A DNA stretch of 64,000 bases, from NCBI GenBank assembly GCA_963665665.1, contig OY762428.1, positions 544,001 through 608,000 of the forward strand. Reading direction: 5' to 3'. Shown one piece after another: positions 1 through 8,937 of the stretch (positions are counted from its first letter, which is position 1; each line of letters begins with the position of its first letter). The position numbers and the translations under genes were made by a program. The notes beneath the pieces were generated by a model. That model worked only from the letters and a program-made list of their open reading frames with translations. It was not told the DNA's origin and made no database searches. The DNA comes from Candidatus Kapaibacterium sp. GTDB lineage: Bacteria > Bacteroidota > Ignavibacteria > Kapaibacteriales > UBA2268.

Positions 1-71
1 ATGAAGGAATAAACAACATAGCTCTTGGAATGTTCAATGCAATAAAAAATTATTCCGGTAAATATTCAGAA

Positions 72-959
72 CTAATTAACGGCAACTGACGTTGAATCCT
101 TTCCTGCTATCTTATTTTTCTCGGCATTGATCTTAAGATTATCCTTTCTGGTTAGCTGCCCGATTTTAAGATCGATTGGTTTCAGCTGCCTGAAAGGTAT
201 TTGTAACCCATCCCCTACCGGATAACCACCTGGCCTTAGTATTGTATCCTGGTGAAGGAATATCCTGCATTTGTTTTTCAAGAAATGTTCCCCATTATAA
301 AGATTAGTCAGCCGCTGCTCCAGGAGTTTGTGCTGCTGCCTGCTGTCTTTCATCAGGAAAATATCTTTATTGTGCCGGAAATCGCTTTTATCAGCAAAAG
401 CAAATATCCTGGCAGGGATACTGTCATAAACCAATACAGGTGTTCCTCTGCTGACTCTTTGATACAAATCTTCACCATCCTCGCGGGAAATCCTGACACA
501 TCCGTGTGATGTAGGCTTTACTCCAAGATGCCGGTAGTATGAATTTGTTGTCAGCCCGTGGAATCCAATATTCAGATTGAATCCAATCCACCATAGCAGT
601 TTGCAATTGTTAAACTGGCGGGATTCGGCAGCTCTGGCCATCAGCTGTACGGTGTAAATACCCTCGCGTGTATCTACCCCCTTGCTTATTCTTGAAGTGC
701 CTGAAGATATTTTGTAAGTAAATACACTATCGCCCCTGTAATGAAGAACCGCCTTCTGCTCATTAAGCGAAATGGAAATATACTTGTCGCTCAGGATATA
801 AACCGTATCTCTGAGGGGAATAAATTCCAGTATATCCTTCTTATCTTCAAGAAAATCCTTATGAAAGCGCAAATAGTCCGGCCCCGAATAATCCCGGCCG
901 GAAACACACAATCCGGAAATTATTATAACAAATGCCAATATGAAAATCTTCGTTTTCAT
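72..959 (-). CDS. L,D-transpeptidase (YkuD family), exported
   Basis: GFHG...SHGCVRI catalytic motif; signal-peptide-like MKTKIFILAFVIII; start moved to ATG at 959 (ORF track starts at 1073, inside the upstream gene). Confidence 0.85.
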   Translation of the reverse strand: MKTKIFILAFVIIISGLCVSGRDYSGPDYLRFHKDFLEDKKDILEFIPLRDTVYILSDKYISISLNEQKAVLHYRGDSVFTYKISSGTSRISKGVDTREGIYTVQLMARAAESRQFNNCKLLWWIGFNLNIGFHGLTTNSYYRHLGVKPTSHGCVRISREDGEDLYQRVSRGTPVLVYDSIPARIFAFADKSDFRHNKDIFLMKDSRQQHKLLEQRLTNLYNGEHFLKNKCRIFLHQDTILRPGGYPVGDGLQIPFRQLKPIDLKIGQLTRKDNLKINAEKNKIAGKDSTSVAVN

Positions 960-963
960 AATA

Positions 964-1167
964 TCAAATCTTACCCTGGCTAACAAGTTTTGCAAAATGT
1001 TCAAACGAACGGTCGTAAGTTCTTTCAGCATCATTCGGAAAAACACAGGCTGGTAATTGCCTGGATCGGACATGATATTTTATACAGTCGCAGCACATTC
1101 CTTTTCTGCTGCATGGCTCATAAGTACAGTTACAGATTTTCAGGTTCATTTCTTTCTTGCATTCCAT
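964..1167 (-). CDS. Small Cys-rich protein (DUF6485-like)
   Basis: [21 protein letters not shown]...LPAC.F...YDRS pattern; ends 4 nt upstream of the next gene start. Confidence 0.7.
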   Translation of the reverse strand: MECKKEMNLKICNCTYEPCSRKGMCCDCIKYHVRSRQLPACVFPNDAERTYDRSFEHFAKLVSQGKI

Positions 1168-1660
1168 ATTCTTTCCTTGCATATAGTCCCTGTATTACCA
1201 TAAGTAATTTACAAAATTCAGAGAATATAAAGCAATTTATATACCAAAATATAATTCAATAAATACCTGTAGTACCTACAATCGCTATAAGCAATTAAGC
1301 AAAAATTTATGGAGAAACACCGAATCAACACTATGAAGAATTACTATTGTAACCTTTTCTTTAGCAAAGTGTAGTTTATAAAAATGAAAATTTTATCGAT
1401 TCAGGAGATAAATCACGTACTAATTCATTATGGAAATAATATTGTTGCTTTCTGATTGCAGGAATCATACAAGCCCAAAACGGGATTTTTTTTATTAATA
1501 CTTTACAAATACAATTAATGATATAATTTTTCACACAAAAAAAATCACTCAAAATAAGCCCGGGCATTTCTTACCTACAATTTACCCAAAACCAAATACC
1601 CCCTCCCGGGCTTAAATATTTCAATCATTGATTTTGATAATCCCCCCCTCAACGCTTCCC

Positions 1661-1775
1661 CCTCATTACGAACTTGTACTTGGTAATGCAGTTTTCTTTT
1701 GAATCTGAGCTTCTCTATTTCAAAGTAGTACTTTGCAGGAAATATTTCTTCCCAAGCGGGGGCTTGGGAAGGAGG
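1661..1775. repeat. ~115-bp multi-hairpin MITE/REPIN-like repeat, copy A
   Basis: Several short hairpins (CTTCCCAAGC-GGGG-GCTTGGGAAG, CAAAGTAGTACTTTG); its reverse complement aligns along its length with 12851-12964. Confidence 0.8.
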
Positions 1776-1781
1776 GAAAGA

Positions 1782-2090
1782 TTTTCTGCTATTTTGCATG
1801 GATTCTTCGATCGCTTCGCTCCGTCAGAATGACGGATGGGAATGTCCCCCGCTGGCGGGGGTGTCCGAAGGACGGGGGTGGATTTCCGGAAAATTCCCCT
1901 CGTTGAGGGGTGGCGAGCGCAGCGAGTCGGGGTGGATTCTTTTTCCGATTGAAGTTATTATAGTTGGCAGAAGTAGAATGTCATTCTGAGCGCCAGCGAA
2001 GAATCCATTCTTCATACATTATCTGCAAACAAAGATGGATTCTTCGGTCGCAAGCTCCGGAAGCCTGCCCCGACGTGTCGGGGAATGACA
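1782..2090. repeat. Cluster of REP-like GC-rich hairpins (GTCATTCTGA..GAAGAATCC type and CCCCTC..GAGGGG type)
   Basis: GGATTCTTCG..CAGAATGAC (1800-1833), CCCCCGCTGGCGGGGG, CCCCTCGTTGAGGGG, GTCATTCTGAGCGCCAGCGAAGAATCC (1979-2006); homologous modules at 29404-29680 on the opposite strand. Confidence 0.8.
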
Positions 2091-2289
2091 ACATAATACC
2101 TCCTTCTCCCGCCCTATCCCCCCGTTTTTCCACCCCAATTAACCAAGCACCGGACTTAATTCCCCATCCTGTGGTATCAATGAATCGAATAATTTCCTTA
2201 ATTCAATGCTGTTTTTAATCAAACCCCTGATGTTGGGGCTAATCGCTTTGTTGTCGGAGCTTTAAACTGTCTTGGCCGGAGTTATTGAA

Positions 2290-2607
2290 CTACTGTTTGG
2301 CCTTATTGTAGTGAAATTTGGCCTCATTGAACACTTGGTTGATCTTACTGAACACTTGGTTGATCTTACTGAACACTTGGTTGACCTTACTGAACACTTG
2401 GTTGACCTTACTGAACACTTGGTTGACCTTACTGAACACTTGGTTGGCCTTATTGAACACTTGGTTGACCTTATTGAACACTTGGTTGGCTTTACTAAAC
2501 ACTTGGTTGACTTTACTGAACACTTGGTTGGCTTTACTGAACACTTGGTTGATCTTACTGAACACTTGGTTGGCTTTACTGAACACTTGGTTGATCTTAC
2601 TGAACAT
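2290..2607 (-). other. Putative 105-aa heptad-repeat ORF MF(SKINQVF)13NEAKFHYNKAKQ
   Basis: ATG in the central palindrome; same start, C-terminus and stop as 28971-29204; expression unproven. Confidence 0.35.
2329..2601 (-). repeat. Tandem array, 13 x 21 nt (GAACACTTGGTTGA(T/C)CTTACT)
   Basis: Units start every 21 nt from 2329 to 2581; minus frame reads (S/N)K(I/V/A)NQVF heptads. Confidence 0.95.
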
Positions 2608-2989
2608 GTTCTTTGCCTCCGACCAAGAGTTCAATGCCTTCAAACAAGGCAGCAATGACTTCGACCAAGGGGTCAATGACTTCAACCAAGGCATCATTAT
2701 CTTCAACCAAGGCATCAATAACTTCGACCAAGGTATCAATGACTCCGACCAAGGCATCAATGACTTCGAACAAGGCAGCAATGACTCCGACCAAGGCAGC
2801 AATAACTCCGACCAAGGCAGCAATGGCTCCGACCAAGGCAGCAATAACTCCGACCAAGGCAGCAATAACTCCGACCAAGGCAGCAATGACTCCGACCAAG
2901 GCGGCAATAACTCCGACCAAGGCGGCAATGACTCCGACCAAGGCATCAATAGATTCGACCAAGGCGTCAATAGATTCGAACATTGGTGA
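2606..2989 (+). other. Putative 127-aa heptad-repeat ORF MFFASDQEFNAFKQGS(NDxDQGx)n
   Basis: ATG in the central palindrome; first 17 residues identical to 28679-28972 (-); expression unproven. Confidence 0.3.
2612..2989 (+). repeat. Tandem array, 18 x 21 nt (AATRACTYCGACCAAGGCAKC consensus)
   Basis: Contiguous 21-mers counted from 2612; plus frame reads N(D/N)(S/F)DQG(S/I/G) heptads. Confidence 0.95.
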
Positions 2990-3002
2990 AATGCCGCTGC
3001 CC

Positions 3003-3113
3003 CTTCCTACCTCCCCCCGGCCCCCTCCTTCGGAAGGAGGGGGAGTTAATCTTATGATATTTAACTTCTTATCCCCTCCTAATGTAGGAGGGGATTATAG
3101 GGGTGGTTTTCTT
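3003..3113. repeat. GC-rich hairpin doublet (CCCCCTCCTTCGGAAGGAGGGGG / CCCCTCCT..AGGAGGGG)
   Basis: Near-identical reverse complement at 28528-28638; interrupts the 21-nt array, which resumes at ~3118. Confidence 0.85.
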
Positions 3114-3333
3114 GCTTTGACTCCGACCAGGGCAGCAATAACTCCGACCAAAGCAGCATTATTTTTTAAACATTGGGAATATGTCGGGGAATGCGGGATT
3201 GAAGTATATTATAATTCGGACGGAGGAAAAATGATCATAACAATTCCGGGTAAAGGCACAGCCCTGCCTGAATAGTGTAATTATTACATATATTAAACCC
3301 GGAAAATAAAATCTGTTTGAAATTGTTGAGTGA

Positions 3334-4659
3334 TTAATATTCGGGATCACCCCCGAGTTTTTTAATCCACATCCTGACTTTTCCGGATAAAGAATCACGC
3401 TTTTGGTATCTCTTTAAAAATTCATTGAAATCGCGCACAGCATATAAATATTTTTCATCATGTTTGAATGCAATAGCCCGGTTCATATAAGTTCTGGGAT
3501 TATCCGGAAAAAGTTCTATTGCGAGGGTATAATCTTCGGCTGCTTTTTTATAATAGCGCATATTCATGAATATATTTCCGCGCGTTATATATGCCTGTAC
3601 AAATTTCGGATTAATTGTAATAGCCTTTGTAAGGTCATATATAGCTTCCTTATATCTGCTCATTCCTGCCTTTGCGTTTCCCCTGCCAAGAAAGGCAGCC
3701 GCAAGTTCAGGATTCAGTTCCAGTGCCTGGTCGTAATCCATAATTGCTTCAGCATATTTTTTCATAAATGTAAAAGCATTCCCCCTGTTATAGTAAAGAA
3801 CAGGGTTTTTGGGATTAATTGAAATTGCCTTGTCGTAATCAGTAATAGCGTTATCATAATCTTTTACAGTCAGATAGGATAGAGCCCTGTAATTATATAC
3901 CTCTACTGATTTTGGTTTGAGCTGGATTACCATGTTGAAATCCTGTATGGCTTCTTCATGCTTTTTCAACTTGCTAAGCACCATGCCACGGTAATTCAGC
4001 GCCATAACAGATTCCTTGTTCACTTCGATAGCCGAGGAATAATCTTTAACAGCTTCCTTAAGCTTGTCCATGTTGCCATAAGCAATACCTCTTGAAATAA
4101 AGGCTTTTTCGTGCTTTGGGTCCAACTGAATAACATGTGTAAAGTCATCAACAGCAAGCTGGAAATCTTTTTTATCAAAATAACAATTGCCCCGGTTAAG
4201 ATATGAAAGCAGATGCCCCGGGTTCAGATCGATAGAAGTATTAAAATCTTCAATAGCTTCATCAAAATTTCCCATTTCTTTCTTTGCCACTCCTCTTTTG
4301 TAATAGGCAAAGGAAAATTCTGAATTTTGTTCAATAGCAAGGGTCAGATCCTTAATAGCCCTTTGATATTTCCTCATATCAACAAGAACGCTTCCTCTTT
4401 TGAAATAGGCAAAGGAAAAGCTGCCGTTCAGAGTAATAGCATTATTGTAATCTGTAAGGGCTTCATTGAACATATTTAATTCATACAAAGAGTTTCCCCT
4501 TTTAAAATAAGCAAAGGAAGACCTCGGATTACGTTCTATGGCATTTGAATAGAACTCTACAGCTTTCTCAAACTCACCCTGTTCAAATTCCTGATCACCT
4601 TTTTCGACCCATTTTTCCGAAGAGTAATTCTCAACATTCGATTTTTCATCTGATTTCAC
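3334..4659 (-). CDS. TPR-repeat protein (~12 TPRs)
   Basis: Repeated 34-aa AY(F/Y)xRG...A..D(Y/F)..AI..NP motif over the whole length; GTG start. Confidence 0.9.
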   Translation of the reverse strand: MKSDEKSNVENYSSEKWVEKGDQEFEQGEFEKAVEFYSNAIERNPRSSFAYFKRGNSLYELNMFNEALTDYNNAITLNGSFSFAYFKRGSVLVDMRKYQRAIKDLTLAIEQNSEFSFAYYKRGVAKKEMGNFDEAIEDFNTSIDLNPGHLLSYLNRGNCYFDKKDFQLAVDDFTHVIQLDPKHEKAFISRGIAYGNMDKLKEAVKDYSSAIEVNKESVMALNYRGMVLSKLKKHEEAIQDFNMVIQLKPKSVEVYNYRALSYLTVKDYDNAITDYDKAISINPKNPVLYYNRGNAFTFMKKYAEAIMDYDQALELNPELAAAFLGRGNAKAGMSRYKEAIYDLTKAITINPKFVQAYITRGNIFMNMRYYKKAAEDYTLAIELFPDNPRTYMNRAIAFKHDEKYLYAVRDFNEFLKRYQKRDSLSGKVRMWIKKLGGDPEY

Positions 4660-4788
4660 CTGCTCACCATCAAAAAATGATACAGCACTTTACTAATAAT
4701 GCATTAAATTTGTACTTAATAACATTCTTATTAAAATAAAAAAATTTGAATTGTTTTTGAAAGTATTATTCTTATCCGGGAAATTTTT

Positions 4789-5331
4789 ATGAAAGTTTTA
4801 GTTCCAATTGCAAACGGAACAGAGGAAATGGAAGCGGTAATAATCATCGATATGCTTAGAAGAGCAGGCATTGAAGTAGTTGTGGCCGGAACAGAAAATG
4901 AAGTATTATGTTCGCGCGGGGTTGTTTTGAAGCCGGACGTACTGATAGAGACAGTTTTAACCGAAAAATTCGATGCAATAATTATTCCCGGCGGATTGGA
5001 AGGAACGGAAAACCTTATTAATTCCGAACCGATGAAAGAAATTATTGAATATCACAAAAATAATAGTGGAATATTTGCTGCAATATGCGCCGCACCGTTG
5101 ATACTTGATGAAGCAGGATTATTTAGCGACAGTACTGAATTTACATCACACCCATCGGTAAAGGAAAAATTCAGCCATGGTTCATACCAGAATGATAAAG
5201 TTGTTATATCAAATAGCATTATTACATCTGCAGGTGCCGGAACTGCTTTTGATTTTGCTCTTGAAATTATTAAATTACTTACAGGCAGGGATATGGCAGA
5301 TAAAATTTCAAAATCAATTTTATACAGATGA
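4789..5331 (+). CDS. DJ-1/PfpI (ThiJ/YajL) family protein
   Basis: GTEEMEA..LRRAGI, IPGG, AICAAP nucleophile motif, TSAGAG. Confidence 0.92.
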   Translation: MKVLVPIANGTEEMEAVIIIDMLRRAGIEVVVAGTENEVLCSRGVVLKPDVLIETVLTEKFDAIIIPGGLEGTENLINSEPMKEIIEYHKNNSGIFAAICAAPLILDEAGLFSDSTEFTSHPSVKEKFSHGSYQNDKVVISNSIITSAGAGTAFDFALEIIKLLTGRDMADKISKSILYR

Positions 5332-5337
5332 AATAAT

Positions 5338-5613
5338 ATGAAAAAGATCAGAGCAGAATTTATCATCAGCGGACACGTTCAGGGCGTGGGTTTCAGGTAT
5401 TTTGTATATAGAAAAGCAGAACAGATAGGGCTTGAAGGATACGCCAGAAATCTTTATGACGGAACGGTAGAAGTTAAAGCAGAAGGCGGGGAAAATCTGA
5501 TAGCAGCTCTGAAACAGTATTTGGAACAGGGCCCTTCAAGATCAAGGGTTGATTCGTGTAAAGTAATTTTTTCCGATGCAACAGGCGAATTTAATGGATT
5601 TGGTATCAGATAA
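5338..5613 (+). CDS. acyP: Acylphosphatase
   Basis: ISGHVQGVGFR and GYARNLYDGTVEV signatures. Confidence 0.93.
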   Translation: MKKIRAEFIISGHVQGVGFRYFVYRKAEQIGLEGYARNLYDGTVEVKAEGGENLIAALKQYLEQGPSRSRVDSCKVIFSDATGEFNGFGIR

Positions 5614-8335
5614 AAACAACTCATACATAATTACAAGATTTTTGATACTTATATCAGCAATCTTAATAATTTTGATTCCGGCAGAATCGTATTGTACCGG
5701 CATGAATGAAATTGAATTGTCTGTTGATAACACAACTGAATTCGACCAATTGGGATTCCGTCCTAAAATCGCACTTGTTCTTAGCGGAGGCGGCGCACGC
5801 GGCCTGGCTCATATCGGTGCTATCAGAAAACTGGAAGAAGCCGGAATAAAACCTGATTATATTGTTGCAACCAGTATGGGAGCCGTAATTGGCGGCTTAT
5901 ATGCTTCCGGATACAGTATTTCCGAGATTGATTCCACGATGCGCGCAACCGACTGGGACGGGATTCTGTCTGTAAGTGCCGGCAGTAACAGGAACAGGCT
6001 TTTCCTGGACCAGAAAGAAATGCAGGACAGAAGCCTTGTTACTCTGAGGTTCAAAAATTTTGAGTTTATAATTCCTGAGGCTGTTTCATTCGGCAATAAA
6101 TATATCGGGGTTTTGCAAAGAATGCTATGGAACAGTAAATACCACTGTAACGACAGTTTCGATTCTCTCAGGTATATCTTCAGGCCGGTTGTTACCGACC
6201 TTGTAAGTGGTAAATCAATATCGTTAGAAAAAGGGAACATGGTAAGAGCAATCAGGGCAAGTTCAACGTTCCCACTGCGCTTTCCGCCCGTCAGGGAAAA
6301 AGGAATGATACTTGTTGACGGCGGTATTCTTGCAAATCTGCCTGTTGATCACGCAAAAAAATTTAACCCGGATATAATTATTGCTGTGGATGTTAGTTCC
6401 CCCCTGAACAAAGAAACTGCCATTGATAACCCGCTTACAATTGCAGACCAGGTAATTTCACTTTCAATGAAAATCTTTTCTGATTCAGCAGCTAAACATG
6501 CAGATATTCTTATCAAACCGGATATTGGTACAATATCTAATCTGGAATTCAATAAAATCGACAGCCTGATATTGATGGGCGAGATTGCAACACAATCCGA
6601 ATTTTTTGATTTGAAGGAAATTATTAATAAAAAAACAAATTCAAATTTTCAGGATTATGTGTTGGCTACAGGGCTGTCTGAAATGATTGAAAAGGCTGAT
6701 ACTATTGTTTGCAGGGGCCTGAAGGACAAAGATGATAAATATTTTTGCTCTAAATTCAGAAAGTTTTCCGACAACAGGCAGGATGCCGTTAAAAAACTAT
6801 TACTTAATTTTCCACGATATAGAAAAGTCTTATTAAGTTATAACAAATTAAATAATTCAATTCACCTTGAAGCCAGGCAGTTCCACAAAGTTGATTCTAT
6901 CATTGTAAATTTTGAAAACCGCAGTATTACAAAGAAAATCATTGAATTATTCGACAATCAACTAAAGAACAAAGAATTCGATCCATACAGAAAAAAGAAA
7001 CTCGAAGAATCTGTTTTGAATTTGCTACGCGAAAATGATTATTCGTTTGCATCAATAACGGAGTTTTATTCAGACAGTATTGGTGGTAATATACATTTAT
7101 CACTGGATGCCGGCAGACTGAAACACATAATTATAAAAGGAAATGAAGAAACTCCTGAATTCATGGTTTTACGAGAGCTATTATTGAAAGAAGGGGATAT
7201 AATAACTGCCGACCGATTAGTTGAATCATGGTATAACTTAATCAGCACAGGTTTATACAGCGATGTACAATTCAAAGTTGATTGCAGCAACGAAATTACA
7301 GATAAAATTTTAATAATATCGGTTAAGGAAAGAGGGTCTCAGATGATATCCATCGGAGCTTCTACCGATAACGAAAGAAAACTGAAATTCGGGCTGGACC
7401 TTATCCAGGAAAACCTGATGAATCTTGGCAGCAGGCTTTCTATGCGGCTTGTAGCCGGAGACAGAGACCAGAAAGTGAACCTGATGCTGAGCATTCCACG
7501 TATATTCAGTACTCTTTTTACATCCAGGATATCGGGTTATGCCGAAAGAAAAGAATATTATGAATATAAAACAGTAACTGAAATACCGACAAATGACTAT
7601 AGGAAAGAAGAATCAGGTGAATTTTCCGAGGAAAGGTACGGCTTTAAAGCTGCTGCCGGAACAAGAATTCAAAAGAACGGTATATTCGATATCGAACTCA
7701 GGCTTGAAAAGCAAAGATTTTACAATCTGGCCCAGAGGATTGTTCCTGAATTCTATGCACTTTCCACAATAAAAGTAAAAACATTGTTTGATTCCGAAGA
7801 TGACAGTTATTTTCCGAGGGAAGGAAGGCTATTAAAAATCTCTCTTGAATCTACGATTTATCGTGAAAGCAGTTCTTCTGGTTTTTCAAAAGCAGAATAT
7901 TATCATGCCAATAATTACTCTTTTGGTGATAATACAATAAGAAGCAGCATATTCTTTGGTTATGCCGATAAAACACTTCCCGTTCCTGAATTTTTCAGTA
8001 TTGGCGGTATTGATGATTTCTTCGGCTTCAGGGAGGACGAATCAAGAGGAAGGCAAAAGATAAGAGCCTCACTCGAATATCGCCGATTAATGCCGTTTCA
8101 GTTGTTTTTTGATACTTATATGTCCCTTCGGTATGATATTGGCTCTGTTTGGACAAACCCGGAATCAATTCAGATAAATGACCTCAAACACGGAGTCGGT
8201 TTCAAAATAGCTTTTGATACACCGCTCGGACCTGCAAGTTTTGCTACCGGGAAAAGCTTCTTTTTCCTGAAGAACCCTTTTGCAATGGGCTGGGGGGAAA
8301 CAAAAATGTATTTCAGCATTGGCCTGAAAATGTAA
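5594..8335 (+). CDS. Patatin-like phospholipase with POTRA and Omp85-type beta-barrel (PlpD-like)
   Basis: LSGGGARG, ATSMG, DGG patatin motifs; IKGNEET..RE POTRA; C-terminal barrel with TPLGP and YFSIG. Confidence 0.88.
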   Translation: MDLVSDKNNSYIITRFLILISAILIILIPAESYCTGMNEIELSVDNTTEFDQLGFRPKIALVLSGGGARGLAHIGAIRKLEEAGIKPDYIVATSMGAVIGGLYASGYSISEIDSTMRATDWDGILSVSAGSNRNRLFLDQKEMQDRSLVTLRFKNFEFIIPEAVSFGNKYIGVLQRMLWNSKYHCNDSFDSLRYIFRPVVTDLVSGKSISLEKGNMVRAIRASSTFPLRFPPVREKGMILVDGGILANLPVDHAKKFNPDIIIAVDVSSPLNKETAIDNPLTIADQVISLSMKIFSDSAAKHADILIKPDIGTISNLEFNKIDSLILMGEIATQSEFFDLKEIINKKTNSNFQDYVLATGLSEMIEKADTIVCRGLKDKDDKYFCSKFRKFSDNRQDAVKKLLLNFPRYRKVLLSYNKLNNSIHLEARQFHKVDSIIVNFENRSITKKIIELFDNQLKNKEFDPYRKKKLEESVLNLLRENDYSFASITEFYSDSIGGNIHLSLDAGRLKHIIIKGNEETPEFMVLRELLLKEGDIITADRLVESWYNLISTGLYSDVQFKVDCSNEITDKILIISVKERGSQMISIGASTDNERKLKFGLDLIQENLMNLGSRLSMRLVAGDRDQKVNLMLSIPRIFSTLFTSRISGYAERKEYYEYKTVTEIPTNDYRKEESGEFSEERYGFKAAAGTRIQKNGIFDIELRLEKQRFYNLAQRIVPEFYALSTIKVKTLFDSEDDSYFPREGRLLKISLESTIYRESSSSGFSKAEYYHANNYSFGDNTIRSSIFFGYADKTLPVPEFFSIGGIDDFFGFREDESRGRQKIRASLEYRRLMPFQLFFDTYMSLRYDIGSVWTNPESIQINDLKHGVGFKIAFDTPLGPASFATGKSFFFLKNPFAMGWGETKMYFSIGLKM

Positions 8336-8352
8336 CCGCCAAATTTGGTGTA

Positions 8353-8378
8353 TGAAACAATGAAACCTTTTTTTCGTC
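8353..8378 (+). promoter_or_regulatory. Possible ECF-type promoter TGAAAC-N16-CGTC
   Basis: Matches SigW-like AAAC/CGT spacing ~35 nt upstream of the LOG-DnaJ-rhodanese genes. Confidence 0.35.
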
Positions 8379-8412
8379 TCCCGATTAGTAAAATAAATTT
8401 TGGATTATTTTG

Positions 8413-8937
8413 ATGAAAGTAGCAGTCTTCGGCTCCTCTGAACCGAAAGAGGGAGATAAAATATATTCAACAGGCAAACTGCTGGGCAAGAGTCTTGCAG
8501 AAGAAGGGCATTCTATTGTTACCGGAGGGTATTCCGGGCTGATGGAAGCCCCGATAAAAGGCGCTAATAAATATAATGTAAACAGGATTGGAATAATAAC
8601 TGAACATTATTCAAAACAGCCGAATAAATACCTGACCGACATTATCAAAGCAGGCTCCTATGGCGAAAGAATGCAGAGCCTGATAGAGTATGCAGACGCT
8701 TATATTATTATGCCCGGAGGAACGGGAACTTTGCTTGAATTTTCTGCCGTATGGGCTTACAGGCAAAGAGGCATCCATGATAAACCCGTTATTCTATTCG
8801 GCAGCACATGGAGAAAAATTATTGACATACTTTCAAAAGACGATTATTTTATAAAATCTATCGATAATTTAATCATTGCAGACAATATTGATGAAATAAT
8901 TGAATTATTAGAAATGAAAAATAAGTCGGGAATATGA
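8413..8937 (+). CDS. LOG family (Rossmann-fold nucleotide-binding) protein
   Basis: [26 protein letters not shown] motifs. Confidence 0.88.
   Translation: MKVAVFGSSEPKEGDKIYSTGKLLGKSLAEEGHSIVTGGYSGLMEAPIKGANKYNVNRIGIITEHYSKQPNKYLTDIIKAGSYGERMQSLIEYADAYIIMPGGTGTLLEFSAVWAYRQRGIHDKPVILFGSTWRKIIDILSKDDYFIKSIDNLIIADNIDEIIELLEMKNKSGI

Larger units (their letters stand above)
2084..3180. repeat. Fold-back 21-nt tandem-array element, copy 1
   Basis: Conserved flank (2084-2328), left array, central palindrome GAACATGTTC (2602-2611), right array, hairpin doublet (3003-3113) and residual units (~3118-3180); inverted homologue at 28528-29410. Confidence 0.9.

Noticed and set aside
1200-1560. AT-rich intergenic stretch as an origin or ncRNA (also 60440-60686)
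   Set aside because: No DnaA-box cluster, tRNA fold or riboswitch motif could be recognised by eye.
1376-2218. Short ORFs across the REP cluster (also 28435-28666 and 12552-12926)
   Set aside because: They are translations of GC-rich palindromic repeats with no protein-like features.
2329-2989. CRISPR array interpretation of the 21-nt repeats (also 28736-29165)
   Set aside because: Units are contiguous with no unique spacers, the period is only 21 nt, and no cas genes are present in the window.
2272-3275. Other overlapping low-complexity ORFs (LTEHLVD, LLNTWL, PWSELLL, TPTKAA, VGVIAAL frames) and equivalents at 28663-29232
   Set aside because: 21-mer arrays stay open in most frames by construction; these frames lack clear starts or change character between the two copies.
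3334-4659. Internal periodicity in the gene beside repeat copy 1
   Set aside because: Ordinary 34-aa TPR repeats; no equivalent gene lies next to copy 2, so there is no evident link to the element.
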